Shown here piece after piece: positions 25,699-37,958 of a DNA stretch of 64,000 nucleotides. Where the stretch lies: assembly GCA_037447605.1 (NCBI GenBank), contig CM074806.1, forward strand, positions 4,588,001-4,652,000, written 5' to 3'. Position 1 is the stretch's first letter. Each line of letters starts with the position of its first letter. Source of the DNA: Zygnema circumcarinatum SAG 698-1b. Its lineage: Eukaryota > Plantae > Zygnematophyceae. The position numbers were made by a program, and so were the translations under genes. Below the pieces are notes generated by a model. The model was not told where the DNA came from and did not search any database. It saw only the letters and a program-made list of their open reading frames with translations.

Positions 25699-26644
25699 GG
25701 GTAGTGATATTTCCACCCCTTTTTTGGATCCAAACACCCCTTCCCGGCCGGGCAGATTTCAAAAAGGATTAAAAACGGAAAATGCCTTTTTCAAACCTTT
25801 TTGGAATCGATACCCACCCTCCATCGGCAGATTTTATTTTTGCGAAACAAGGAAATAACCCGTCACCCCATTTTGAATATCCCGCCTACCTGAATTTTTT
25901 TTCACGCGTGCGGTCAATCGCAGCCGTCGATTCCCTCGCAGATCGCAACACGGCAGATCACTATTTGCTCTGCAGCCGGGCTCGGTCACAGCGAATGGCA
26001 AGTGCCCACGTATCCCGCCAAACTCGTCTCAAAAGTTGTCCGTACAAATGTCGTACGGTCGCAACTTTGAGGAACCCAATATTTCGTACATTGAGAGCTT
26101 GGACCAATCAAAGCTTTCCACGTCAAAAAAATAACACGTGGCAGATGCTGATTGGCTGAGAGCTGACAGTGCACGAGATCTCGGACCGAAAGACGTGCAC
26201 ACTCGCACGTGCGATCCGGCTTTGGCGGGACTCGTGGGCGCTTTCCATTCGCTAAGATCGAGCCTGGCTGCAGATCGAACGGTGATCTGCAGTGGTGCGA
26301 TCTGCGAGGGAAATCGACAGATGCGATTGACACACACGTGTGAAGGACGGACACCCGCGAACGATCTCGTGGCGGACGGATCTTCCGCTCCGAGCGGATT
26401 CGGGCAGGCAGATATTTCTTTCCCTCAAAAAAAATAATTCAGGGAGGCGGGATACAGTATTCAAAATGCGGTGACGGGGTATCATTTTCCTTGGTTAGCA
26501 AAAATAAATCAGCCGACGGAAGAAGGTGGGTATGGATTCCAAAAAGGTGTGAAAAACGCATTTTCCGTTTTTAATCCCTTTTGAAATCTGCCCGGCCGGG
26601 AAGGGGTGTTTGGATCCAAAAAAGGGGTGGAAATATCACTACCC
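25699..26644. mobile_element. Non-autonomous long-TIR DNA transposon B: diverged arms of about 330 bp, 8-bp TSD AATAATAT
   Basis: 25699-about 26025 (gggtagtgatatttccacccc...tcccgccaaa) is the imperfect reverse complement of about 26215-26644 (...ggggtggaaatatcactaccc), with an extra stretch of about 80 bp in the right arm. AATAATAT lies at 25691-25698 and 26645-26652. Confidence 0.88.
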
Positions 26645-26657
26645 AATAATATATACG

Positions 26658-27061
26658 GTACTGTACTTTCGAAGTCAATTCGTACCATACAGAGCCGTAC
26701 ATACCTCGTTGACCGACAGTCAGAATCAGTACTCGAGAACGCTAGTTTCCTAGAAAGTGAGTGCACATCGATGCCCATTCTAGAATCCGTGTCCGTTTTA
26801 CTTGCAACGGTATTACAAACAGAGTACTCTGCAGCTTTATTTTTGCTTAGGCATTTGGTATTTGGTACTAAAAGCTTGCTACCGATTGTTTGGAACGAGC
26901 CCAATGTTCCAAAAAACCGTACGGCTTCAATGTACGGCTGGCAACAATTCGCCGTCAGATCTCATCTTGACCGGCGTTCCAATGTTTTTACATAGAATTA
27001 GTACTTCGCTAAAGCAAGCCCAAAAATTTCGTTGATCCCCTTTCCAGGAAGCTGCGCGTAC
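26658..27061. promoter_or_regulatory. Cluster of 11 GTAC cores (candidate SBP-domain / copper-response elements) upstream of HMA5
   Basis: GTAC at 26658, 26663, 26682, 26697, 26729, 26824, 26865, 26919, 26932, 27001 and 27058. About 1.6 would be expected in 404 bp at uniform base composition. Confidence 0.5.
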
Positions 27062-27737
27062 TGATTCTAGAAATCCAGTCCCTTCTGGTTCCTGGGAAAC
27101 CTGAAAGCCCCCCAGCGCTCGATAAAGTCATGCCAGTTTGCAGGTCTTGCAGGAAATTTGGCCTCCCCTGCAGGAGGCGGAGCTCGGCCTCTGCAGCACT
27201 CAAAATGTTGCAGCGGCGCATTTCGTATTCGTTTGCGACTTGAAGACAAACGGGTTCAGGTATAATTTGAAGAGCTTCTGGCGCTTGTTTGCGCTTTGCA
27301 AACCTGTTGGAGATGGCAGGAAGGGGATGCAGAGAGGGTTTGGTTTTGGGTTTTTTGACTGGTTCTTGACGAGGTGTAAAAGCCACGCGCTTGTCACGAC
27401 GAAGAATGTTTCAATTATTTTCAGAAGAAACTTATTATTGCTCTCCTAAGCTGCGTTATTTCCTTTTGAGTATTGAGAGCATTCAAGTTTTAGCTGTCGC
27501 TTTGTTTCCCAGCTTTGGGCAGGGTGTAACAATAGGAATGGACTTTGTAGAGAGGGTGAGAGCTCAACAAACTGACTATTTTGCTGCTTTTTGCATTCAC
27601 TTCAGTATCTGATTCCTTGTTTCATCTCACCATATTTGTGCTGCAGGCGCTTGCTTGCATTGCCAGCACACGAGTCCGCGGTATTCCTGTGGAGGGAGCA
27701 ATCATAAAAGATAAAAGAAAAAAATAAAAGATAAAAG

Positions 27738-30700
27738 ATGGCTGCTTCTTCTGCTTCCGAAAAGTTGCCTCTACTCTACTTCCTTCCAGGGCTCTTCTCC
27801 CAGAGGGCAAGGAACTGGTTTAAGCCATTGAAGCGGTCGCCTGAGAGGAGCTATAGCAGCAGTAACCAAGCTGCCACCTGGTCCACAGAGTCAAGCAGAA
27901 GTCAAAGTTTCAGGCAGGTGCCGCCTGAAAATGGTGTTGCTTTAACTGGATCATCAGCAGATGAAGGTGGAGAGGGTGGTCTTTTGGAAAGGAGAGCCAT
28001 CATTGTCAGTGTTGGAGGCATGCAGTGTGCTGCTTGCGCTGCATCTGTGGAGAAAGCTCTACGGAGAGTGGAGGGCGTTGAATCGGGCGTTGTTTCAGTA
28101 CTTACTGGCAAGGGCAGAGTCGTGTATTTCCCTCACGTTGTGGAGGTAATATGACCTACTCTTCTAGTTACGAGCATTATGGTTTAGGTCAGGGGCTGCT
28201 AATGGCATTCTGCTTGTCCATTTTAGGGAGAGAAAGAGCGAAAGAGAGAGAAACGGAAGCATTATTGTGCACCTAACTTCAGGCGTTCTTTTGCAATTCT
28301 ATGTGCAGGAGCACGTCATTGTGGAGACAATAGAGGATGCGGGCTTCCAAGCGGAAGTTCTCGGGGAAGAATTGGGGGCGCTATCTGAAATCCGACATGT
28401 CTGCAGGCTGCGAGTTAAGCACATGACATGCACAAGCTGCTCCGGCGCTATTGAGGGCGCTTTATCGGTGAGTTGTTTGTGGAGTATTGTAACAAAGTCA
28501 TCTTTTGTGCTGACATGATGAGGCGAGAGGATAGACGAGAGTGGTGGGAAATTGGCGTAGTTACGTGCTGTCTCGCTCCATGTAGTCGTTTCTATTGTGT
28601 TGGCGTACTTAGACTGACGTCATATGGGCTTCTCGAGGGATCAAGTCGGCTATTTCAACTTTTTAAAGAATTGGAAATGGAAAATCTGAAAAAACCCCAA
28701 GTAGTCGCACTGCGTCTTCCTTCGATTTGTCATCCTTAAAGGTGGCTCGGTTACCCCTTTATCGTAAGGAACCCAACACTTTCTTCTCATGTTTGTCTGC
28801 AGAAAGTGCCAGGAGTGGAGAAGGCCGTGGTTGCTCTTGCCACTGAAGCAGCCGAGATAATTTTCGACCCCAAAAAGGTCACTCCTGCCCAACTCATCAC
28901 AGCAGTCGAGGATACCGGCTTTGAGGCAGATCTCATCTACGTTAGTGGAGAAAGGACTACAGTCGAGCTCCAAATCGGCGGACTGCATTCCGAAGAAGCG
29001 CACACTAATGTTGAGAATGCTTTACTGCGCCTTCCTGGTGTTTCTTCCGTGCAACTGAACGGAACTGGTGCCATTGTACAGTACGATGTGGATGTAACGG
29101 GGCCAAGATCAATGATAGAGGCCATAGAAATGGCAGGACCAACCGGAGTCTATACAGCAGCTTTGGTGGAGAAGGATCCGAGGGGGGGAGAAGGAGAAAG
29201 GAAGATGGAAGTAAGACAAATGTGGCGATTATTCCTTTGGAGTCTTGTTTTTACAGTACCGGTGTTTGCTCTGGCTATGGTCCTGCCCTATGTCCCCGTT
29301 GTAAAGACATGGGTGGAGGCTGAATTGGTGAATAGGTACGTATTCATGGGTTTCATACCATTGCTTCCGTTCGCTGGAATATTGATTCTTGTAACCATTC
29401 AGACTGATGATCATTTTTTGAGGAAAATATTCTTTCCTTTTTGTTTGTCTCCTTCTGTTGCCAGAGTGGTATTCAGGAGGGGGACTGGTACACTTGTGTA
29501 TGCATGTGCTGCTTTAAGGTCTCTCATTCTGTATGTTTGTGTCGCCTTGCCGAGTGAGTGCAGGCTTACAATCGGCGCCATTCTGCGGTGGGTCCTTGCT
29601 ACTCCAGTCCAGTTCGTAATAGGTAGAAAATTCTATGTGGGTGCTTGGAATGCCCTTCGGCGTGGCTCAGCCAATATGGACGTTCTCATTGCTATGGGAA
29701 CAAACACGGCATACTTTTACTCTGTGTATGTTGTTATCAACGCAGCCCTCTCTTCTATGCATACCGGAATGGACTCCTTTGAAACGAGTGCTATGCTTAT
29801 ATCATTCATCATCCTTGGAAAGTACCTTGAAGTGCTCGCTAAGGGCAAAACTTCCGATGCTGTCAGCAAGCTGCTCCAATTGGCCCCTGATACTGCCACG
29901 CTTTTGGAGATGCGGCCTGGGGGCTTACATAAGGAATCTCTCGTTGTGGAACGGGAGATCAACTCCCGTTTGATTCAAAAATCTGACATCATTAAGGTCG
30001 TTCCGGGAGCTAAGGTTCCCACCGATGGCACTGTAGTATGGGGTCAGGCTCATGTGAATGAGTCCATGATTACGGGAGAGGCGCTTCCGGTATTGAAGGG
30101 CCTTGGAGACAAAGTGATTGGTGGAAGTCTTAATGTGAACGGAGTCATGCACATCAAGGCAACGCATATTGGAGGAGAGACTGCATTGGCGCAGATAGTA
30201 TACTTGGTGGAGGCCGCACAAATGGCAAAAGCACCGATTCAGAAGTATGCCGACAAAATTTCAGCAATTTTTGTGCCTCTGGTAGGTTTCCATGCTTACA
30301 TGAACAATTCTCGTTAGCAGTACTTGTTGTATGCACTTGCCGGCTCCAGTTGAAATGTGTCTGCTGAATTTTTCCAGCTTTTTCAGATAAAGTTCAGAGC
30401 AGTCTGTGGTTGTTTTGGAAACTTATTCAGCAGACGGGGTTCAGCATTTTGTACCTTTTCTCCATAGAATTTATTCCGTTTAATTATTCTATCTTCTGCA
30501 TTCTGCATGGAAAATTTACTGAGTTCTATAAATAGATTGTCGATTGTACTATTTAACTTTGCTGATCTGACTCAGTATTGGGTCAATCTTAAAGGTAAAT
30601 AAGATAACGTGTCTTCGTGCTGAACTGATTTTCTGCACTTCTGCTGACTCTCGGCCGTTTCTTGCAGGTCATTGTGCTCGCCCTCCTTGACTGGCTGATC

Positions 30701-33002
30701 TGGTACATCGCTGGGAAAACTGGGGCTTATCCAAAATCATGGCTTCCTAGTTCTGTAAATACATTTGAACTCGCGCTTCAGTTTGGGATTTCTGTTCTAG
30801 TGGTTGCCTGTCCCTGTGCTCTCGGCCTCGCAACTCCGACAGCAGTTATGGTGTCAACGGGTATTGGAGCAACGCAAGGCATCCTCATAAAGGGTGGAGA
30901 AGCATTGGAAAGAGCTCATAAGGTAGGTCCATAGATTGCTTCTAGTAGCTGATGTCTTGCTTGGAAATATCACAAGTGTCCCTCAGTATGGCTACGCTCT
31001 CCTGCTTTGTCCCCACTTCTCTTTATTCCCGTTTCGCCCTCTCCTTCTCCCCTCACCCCTCTCCTCGTTCACTTCGCTCTCCCTCCTACACCCATCCCTC
31101 CTCCCCCACCCCTTTTTTCTGCCCACGCTCCGCCTCTCTCCTCCTACTCCCTTCCCATTCTCTTTACTCCGCCTTTGCCTACTTCACCATACATTCTTGG
31201 GCTTCAACATTTAGCCTTTCACAGCTTTGAGCGAATACAACGACAATTGCTAACAATAGATATCTCCCATCTCTTTATGTCACCTATCTCCCTTAGTTTT
31301 ATCTATATGAAGATAAGATATGATGTGATTGAAGCAATTGATGCACTCACAGGGCAATTCATTTTTCATACTGCAGATAGGATTTGTAGTCTTTGATAAG
31401 ACGGGAACACTCACTATCGGCAAACCTACCGTAACCAGTACACGCATATTTGATGGAACCAAGATAAAAAAGGCCGAGTTCTTCTCAACTATGGCTGCTG
31501 CAGAGGTCAGTGTCACTCCCCTTTGTATCTTTTCTGTAAACATCATGCTCTGGTGATCTTTCGTAAATTCTCATCTCATTCAATATCTGCTTAAACCCGT
31601 ACGTTCACGTAGACAATGCTGATTCGTTTGTGCTAATTTGTTGTTCTGACAGGTGAACAGTGAACACCCTCTTGCAAGAGCAATAGTTGAACATGCTTTC
31701 AAGGAACTTGGCATGGATTCTATGGATGGTCAATCTATGGCTTCAAGTACCCGGACAAACTCAGCTACTGCAAACCCTAACAGTAGCCCCACAGCCTCAG
31801 AAACGTCTTCTCAAGGGAGTAGCAGTCAGATGAACTTGCCCACTGCTACCGAATTTGAATCGATTGCGGGCTATGGAGTGTGCTGCCACGTGGCAGACAG
31901 AGAGGTCCTGGTGGGAAGCATCCGCCTCATGCACAGCAAGGGGTTGGATATCTCCCTTGAAGCAGAGGAGTGGCTGCAGAACGTTGAGACAAGTGCAAAA
32001 ACCGCGGTATTGATGGCTATCAATGGGAAGGTAGTAGGTGGAGTAGCGATTTCGGATCCAGTGAAACCGGAAGCGGCTGCTGTGGTGGACATATTGAAGG
32101 GAATGGGTGTTAAGTGCCTCATGTTAACAGGAGATAATTGGGGGACTGCCAGAGCCATAGCTGCGGAAGTGGGTATCGAAGATGTTGTCGCTGAAGTTTT
32201 GCCATTGGGAAAAGCGGAGAAGATCAAGGAGTTGCAGGTGCGGTGTCCATCAACTTCTATGTTTACTGATATTGCTATCATACTTCCCATCATTTTGCTT
32301 CTATTTTTTTCTGCTTGAAGTGATTATGGTGGAGACTTGTCTCTTGCCTTCTTTCCTTTCTCTCATGTCCGCCCCCCCCTCCGCCCCCGGTTGCCCCACC
32401 TCCCCCCTCCCCCTCCCCCTCCATTTCTTCAACGCCCCTGTTCTCTCATCCTCTCCCTGATCCTCTTTGTCACTGCTCTCTCCCTTTAATCCTTTCCCCT
32501 CCCGTTGTCCGTCGCCTCTTCTAACTCCCCTGTGCTCCTTTCGGCCTCTCCCTCTCACGCTAGTCTTCCTGCATTTCTGTAATTGCAGAGCTCAAAGAAG
32601 CAGGTCGCTATGGTTGGCGATGGGGTGAACGACTCTCCGGCACTCGTTGCAGCGGATGTGGGAATGGCAATAGGAGCCGGCACTGACATCGCCATTGAAG
32701 CCGCCGACATTGTTCTGATGAGGAGCAGTCTTGAGGACGTTATCACAGCCATCGATCTCTCTCGGAAGACCTTTAATCGCATTCGATTAAATTACTTTTG
32801 GGCCCTCGGATACAATGTGTGCGGAATTCCGATTGCGGCGGGAGCTCTGTACCCTTCCCTTGGGTTCCGCCTCCCTCCATGGGTGGCTGGAGCAGCCATG
32901 GCGATGTCTTCTGTGAGTGTTGTCTGCTCCTCTCTCCTCTTAAGGCGGTACAGGCGCCCTCGCCGGCTGGACCTTCTCGATGTTGAGATTAGGATGAGGT
33001 GA
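27738..33002 (+). CDS. HMA5: P1B-1 copper-transporting ATPase (HMA5/RAN1 clade, HMA5-like), about 8 coding exons
   Basis: Two metal-binding domains (GMQCAAC, HMTCTSC) plus a degenerate third; [81 protein letters not shown]. Exons approximately 27738-28145, 28310-28467, 28803-29335, 29564-30282, 30670-30922, 31379-31505, 31653-32238 and 32590-33002. Confidence 0.95.
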
Positions 33003-33692
33003 TAGGAGCTTTTTGTTGGTTTTCTAGAGATTGGGCAGCCGCCCTCCTTGTAAAAAAAGAAAGGAGAAAACGAAGGCGATTTGTAGGATTACTTTAGGAA
33101 CAAACTTAGAAAAGAAAAAAAAAAAGCGATTCTTTCCACTTGTTGTAGCAAGTTTGTAATTTGGATTGTTCTGTTAGTTTGCTTTTAGTTTTTTTGTTCG
33201 GGTTTTCCGCGTCCTTGGGTAAAACATTGTAAAGTTTTGGAGGTGTAACGATTTGCTGCAGTGTATACCGTCCCTGGTTGGGTTATTTGGAGGTCCAGCA
33301 ACATTGTTGTGCATGCAGCATGCAGTATGGCCGGTGTGGGTATGAAGAAAAATGAAAATGTTTTGCTAGAGAGAATGGTTACAGACGGGACCCCATTTGG
33401 GGCAAATTTTGTAAAGTTTGGACAGCTGATAACATGCTCTTGCACACAGGATCGCTTTTTTCTCTGAGTACCTTCAATTGGAGACCCTCGTGTAGTCTAT
33501 GTGAGAAAAAAAATAGCAGGGCTTCAACCTCCGACCTCTGAGAATTCAGCCATCTTCCAACTAAAATCCGCCACAGTTACAGGACAGGACGGGACTGAAC
33601 TACAAACTGGGCCACAAATCAAAGAAAAGGTTCCAGGTATCGTCTTATCTGCTTTCTTACAAATGTTTCCTTTCTCAAGGAACAGAAGTCCG

Positions 33693-36280
33693 TTACGATT
33701 CGTCAAATGCCCCGAGTCCTTTGAGGTCTTCCATGAATGCAGAATACGACTCGTCAATACTGGCCGGTTTAACGGTTGGCATGGAAACGGGCCTGACCGG
33801 AGCTGTCGATGGAGCCACAATTTTTGCCTTCGGCTTCTGCGCATTTTCCCGCCGCACTCTCACCGAGGCAGGGACCTGCAGGATCCATCATAGAAACAAA
33901 TTGACCCTCCCCAATTTTGTTAAGAAAAGTGGCAAACAAATGTTAACTTCGAGGAAAAAGGAGAAACTAAGTGTGCTAACTCAGGGTCTGCAAAAGATAC
34001 CAAGTTAGGTTTCCGAACTTTCAGGCCTCTTGCAGCCTTAAAGCTCTATGGCTCCAAGTTGAGCTCTCCTTACCATAGCAGTAAGCTCTGGCGTGTGTTG
34101 TGCGAGGGGCCTCTTCACAACCGTCGGTGCCGCTACTTTCACATACGACGGTTTCCCATCCGCTCCCATAGTTCTACTGTTAACTGGTTCTATGCCCTTC
34201 CCGTGGAACGGACCCGGAGGCGGAGGTGGCGGCACTCCATGTGGCAGTCCCGTTCCCATTCCCCTCCCTGGAGGTGGACCTGGGGGAGGCCGCATCCCTA
34301 TGGGAGAGCTCAGCGGAGGTGGACCTGGGGGAGGTCTCATCCCTTGACGAGGAGGTGGACCTGGGGGAGGTGGCAAGTTAGGAGGCATGAAGGAGGAACT
34401 CCCTCCCATTAGCTGAGGAGGGTGCCCAGAAACGCTTCCTGGAGGGGGACCTGGGGGAGGTCGCATCCCGGCAGGTGGAGGAGGGGGAGGGGCTCTTGAA
34501 GGTTGTTGTAGGAAGGGAGACGAGCCGGCAGGAGGGCCAAGCGGTGCATTCTGAGGAGGTGGTCCTGGGGGAGGTAGCATCTGAGTGGTAGTATGAGGTG
34601 GAGGACGTGGTGGGGGAGGTAGGCCTGCAGGGCGCGGGGGAGGGGGAGGAGGAGGGCCTCGTCTTGATGCTGCGTTTTGTTCAGTATCAAGAGAGGCAAT
34701 ATCCGAGGGAGGTCGTCCTGGAGGAGGTGGAGGTGGTGGTGGTATCTTGGCAGCCTGCATTTGACGTTCAGTACATTAAAAACACGGAATTGTCTTTCAT
34801 TTTCAGGGTGAATAAGATTCATTACTGGGGTTAGAATTCAAGGCTTTTAAGTTCAGTACATTTGGAGGTTCACTAAAGTACTCACCCACTCCTGTAACGC
34901 CACTCCGGGAGGAGCCTCATGCTCTCCTTCCCCTCCCCCCTGCTCCTCTCCCTCCTCCTCTCCTTCCTCATTTTCAGACTCGCTTCCAGACTCGCTCTCC
35001 TCATCCTCTCCATCCTCCTCTTCTCTTTCCTCCCCGGGAGGCATCAAATCGTCATCCCCCGAGAAAGACCCCAACATACTCCGAGGGGGAGGAGGAGGAG
35101 GAGGGGGAGGTGGTGGCGGTAGTAGGTGGGATGAAGGTGAAGGCATGGGGGCATGAAGAGCGGTAGAGGGAGGGAGAGGGGGTCTAGGTGGGAGAGGTGG
35201 AGGGGGGAGATGGGATTCTGATTCTCCAGTTCCTCGAGGAGGCGGTGGAGGAGGAGGAAGTGGTACAGGGAGAGGGAGGGCTGTACTAGCAGCACCTAAA
35301 GGAAGGGGGGGGGGAGGAGGAGGAGGTGGGAGAGGGAGAGCTTCAGCAGAGTCAGGAGGTCCTCCCTCAGAGTCGGAGGCATTGCCCGGCTTCAAGACTG
35401 AAATTGAAGGAGAGGAAAATTAAATTAGTAAAGCAAAATTAGCAGATTTAAGTAGCGAAGGCATACGGAAAAAGAAAGGAGGGTGGAAGGAAGAAACGAG
35501 GGGGGATGGAGGAGGTGGACGAAATGGGGTAAAACGTGGGAGGGAAAGGGAAGGAGTAGAGAGAGTGGGGGCAAGCGAGGGGCATGGTTTCATATTCCTC
35601 ACACAGACGGCGCGAATAGTTGAAGTAAAAAGAAAGCTTCGGGAATCAGAGTAGGAAAGATCTTTAAAAGCTGATATGAAGTTTGAGTGAGGGCGAGTTT
35701 ACCGGTGGATGGACGGAACATAGGCGGCTTTCCAGGCGGAGGTTGCCCTGTGGGATTGAGGGAAGGATGGTAATACACAGAGTCCTGCAAAAGTTGGTAG
35801 TTTAGGGTTGATAGTTGTAAAACAGAATTCAGATTTCACCAGCGAAGGAAGGTATGGAAAGTTTCTGGAAGCAAACGGAAGTGGGCTAAAAAAGAACCTT
35901 GCAGTAGAAGATTACATGTAATGAGAGATGTTCCATGAATAGGATCACATTCAACACAACTAACATCAGCTAACGGTGGTACAAATTTATGTTAGTTGAG
36001 GTCGTTGTGCCCGACGGTGAACAGTCGAACATAGAAGCGGTAAAAAGTTTAGCACTTACTTCTGCTCTCGGGTTTCGCACAGCCTCGCTGGAAGACCGCC
36101 GAGGAGCGACCAAATGACTGTGTGGGATTGGAGGATACCAAAAGCTAGTAAGAATCGAAAAGAGGCGAACTGAGAGGAGAACAGAAAAAAAAAAAATCAC
36201 ATTCATCGCTGCTTTGAGCTGATGCAATGGGCCCTCGAGTACCTCGTCTGCCATTGACAAGACACTGAAGATTACGAGAC

Positions 36281-36318
<38 letters not shown>

Positions 36319-36348
36319 TAAGAGAGAGAGAGAAAGAGAGAGAGAGCG

Positions 36349-36379
<31 letters not shown>

Positions 36380-37535
36380 GAGGTTAAAGAGCGCCACCTA
36401 AACATGATCGGTTCTTCTCCTGCCTCTTTCGCCTTCTCCTCAAATTCCTGCACACCATCAACAAGGGCTTGCATTTCACAAACTGGCACAACCCGGGGGA
36501 ATCGAAGAACCTCTTTAAAAAGGGTGAAAATGCAAACTCACCTTACGTTTCTTCAAAACAAGGTTGAGCGTATCCTCTAATTGTCGCTTTTTGTGTCTCC
36601 GTGTTTTATCCAATGCACCTTCAGCCTCTGCGAAATCAAAAAAATCTGAAATTAATACAAGAGTTGCATTCATACTGCTTGGTGACTTCGTGCCACCAGA
36701 TTCACAAATTCATTTTCACATTTGTACATGTTCCGTGCATGCTTAACATCCTTGAAGTCTCCCAATCCCTTCTTATGAAACCAAAGATTTAGGGTACTCA
36801 AGGCCCTCTGTTCCATGACTGCTCCGTTCTGCTCTATCCTGCTCCTTCATCTGTTATCCCAGAGCAAAATGGAGCCAACCCTAGTCCTAACTATAACTCT
36901 AATCCTAATCCTAACCCTAACCCTAACCCTAACCCTAACCCTGACCCTAAACCTAATCCTAACCTGAACCTTAACCTTAACCTCAATCTCAACCCTGACC
37001 CTGGCCCTAACTTATAATCTAAGCAGACGCCTGAGCCTAACCCTAAACCAAACACGAACACCCAACCAGCCTAGCCCTAACTTCAACTCCGGTCCAATCC
37101 CTTTCCCTTTCCAGCTCTAAACCTAACACTATACGCTATCCCAAGCCATGACCATGACTAAGTCCTTAATGTAAACTCTTCAACTCTAACCGTAACTCTG
37201 ACCCTATCCGAGACTCTAACCCTAAAATCCAGCCCTAGACCTGACACACAAAGTTGATTGTAAAGTCTAAAGGACACCCCTAACTTTGACTTAACCATGA
37301 AACCTAGCCCTAGCCCTAACCCTACCTCCCACCTTGAATGTTGGACTGGCCAGCACTCACTCATGGTCTCCAGCTTGGCGATCTGCTCTCGCAGGCTCTC
37401 AGGGTCCTTCTTGAGAATGCCGACCTCGCGCACCTTCTTGCGCTCCTTCTTGTTGCGCTTGAGCTCCTTCTTTCGCAGTTCCTTGCGGTACGAGTCCGTC
37501 GGGTTCATCACCTTCCCGCCCTTCGTTGTCTTCAT
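33693..37535 (-). CDS. WBP11: WW-domain-binding protein 11 / EARLY FLOWERING 5-like proline-rich splicing-associated protein, about 8 exons
   Basis: ATG 37535 reads [46 protein letters not shown], then AEGALDK...[31 protein letters not shown], proline-rich exons, [28 protein letters not shown] and a C-terminal [17 protein letters not shown]. Stop TAA at 33695-33693. Confidence 0.94.
36878..37325 (+). repeat. Degenerate telomere-like (CCCTAA)n array filling WBP11 intron 1 (TTAGGG on the sense strand)
   Basis: Includes five perfect TAACCC units at about 36912-36941 within about 450 bp of variants. Confidence 0.88.
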
Positions 37536-37958
37536 CTTGGCCCCTCCTTCACCCCCCCTTCTCTCACACTCTCTCCCTCCCCCTCTCTCTCTCTCTCCTT
37601 CACTCTCTCTCTCCACTTCACTCTCTCCCCTTCTCTCCCTCTCTCTCCCTCACTCTCTCTGCCCTTCACTCTCTCCCCCTCCCTCTCTCCGACAGACTCC
37701 CTCCCTTCTCTTGCAACCCTAACCGTTGAACTTTGCAGCACACAGAACGGCTGAAACCCGTACGACGTTCGTACAATATTCGTACGGTTACCGTATGGAC
37801 TAGTCCGGTTTTGCGCACAGCTCTATATCGTGATATCGATTCGTCCTTTCGATATATCGGCCGCTCGGCCCCCCCGTCCCCCCTAACCGCCTCCCCTCCC
37901 TCACTCACTCCCTCCCTCCTGCAGGCGCCCTCCGGGACACGTGGCGCCCGCAGACGCG

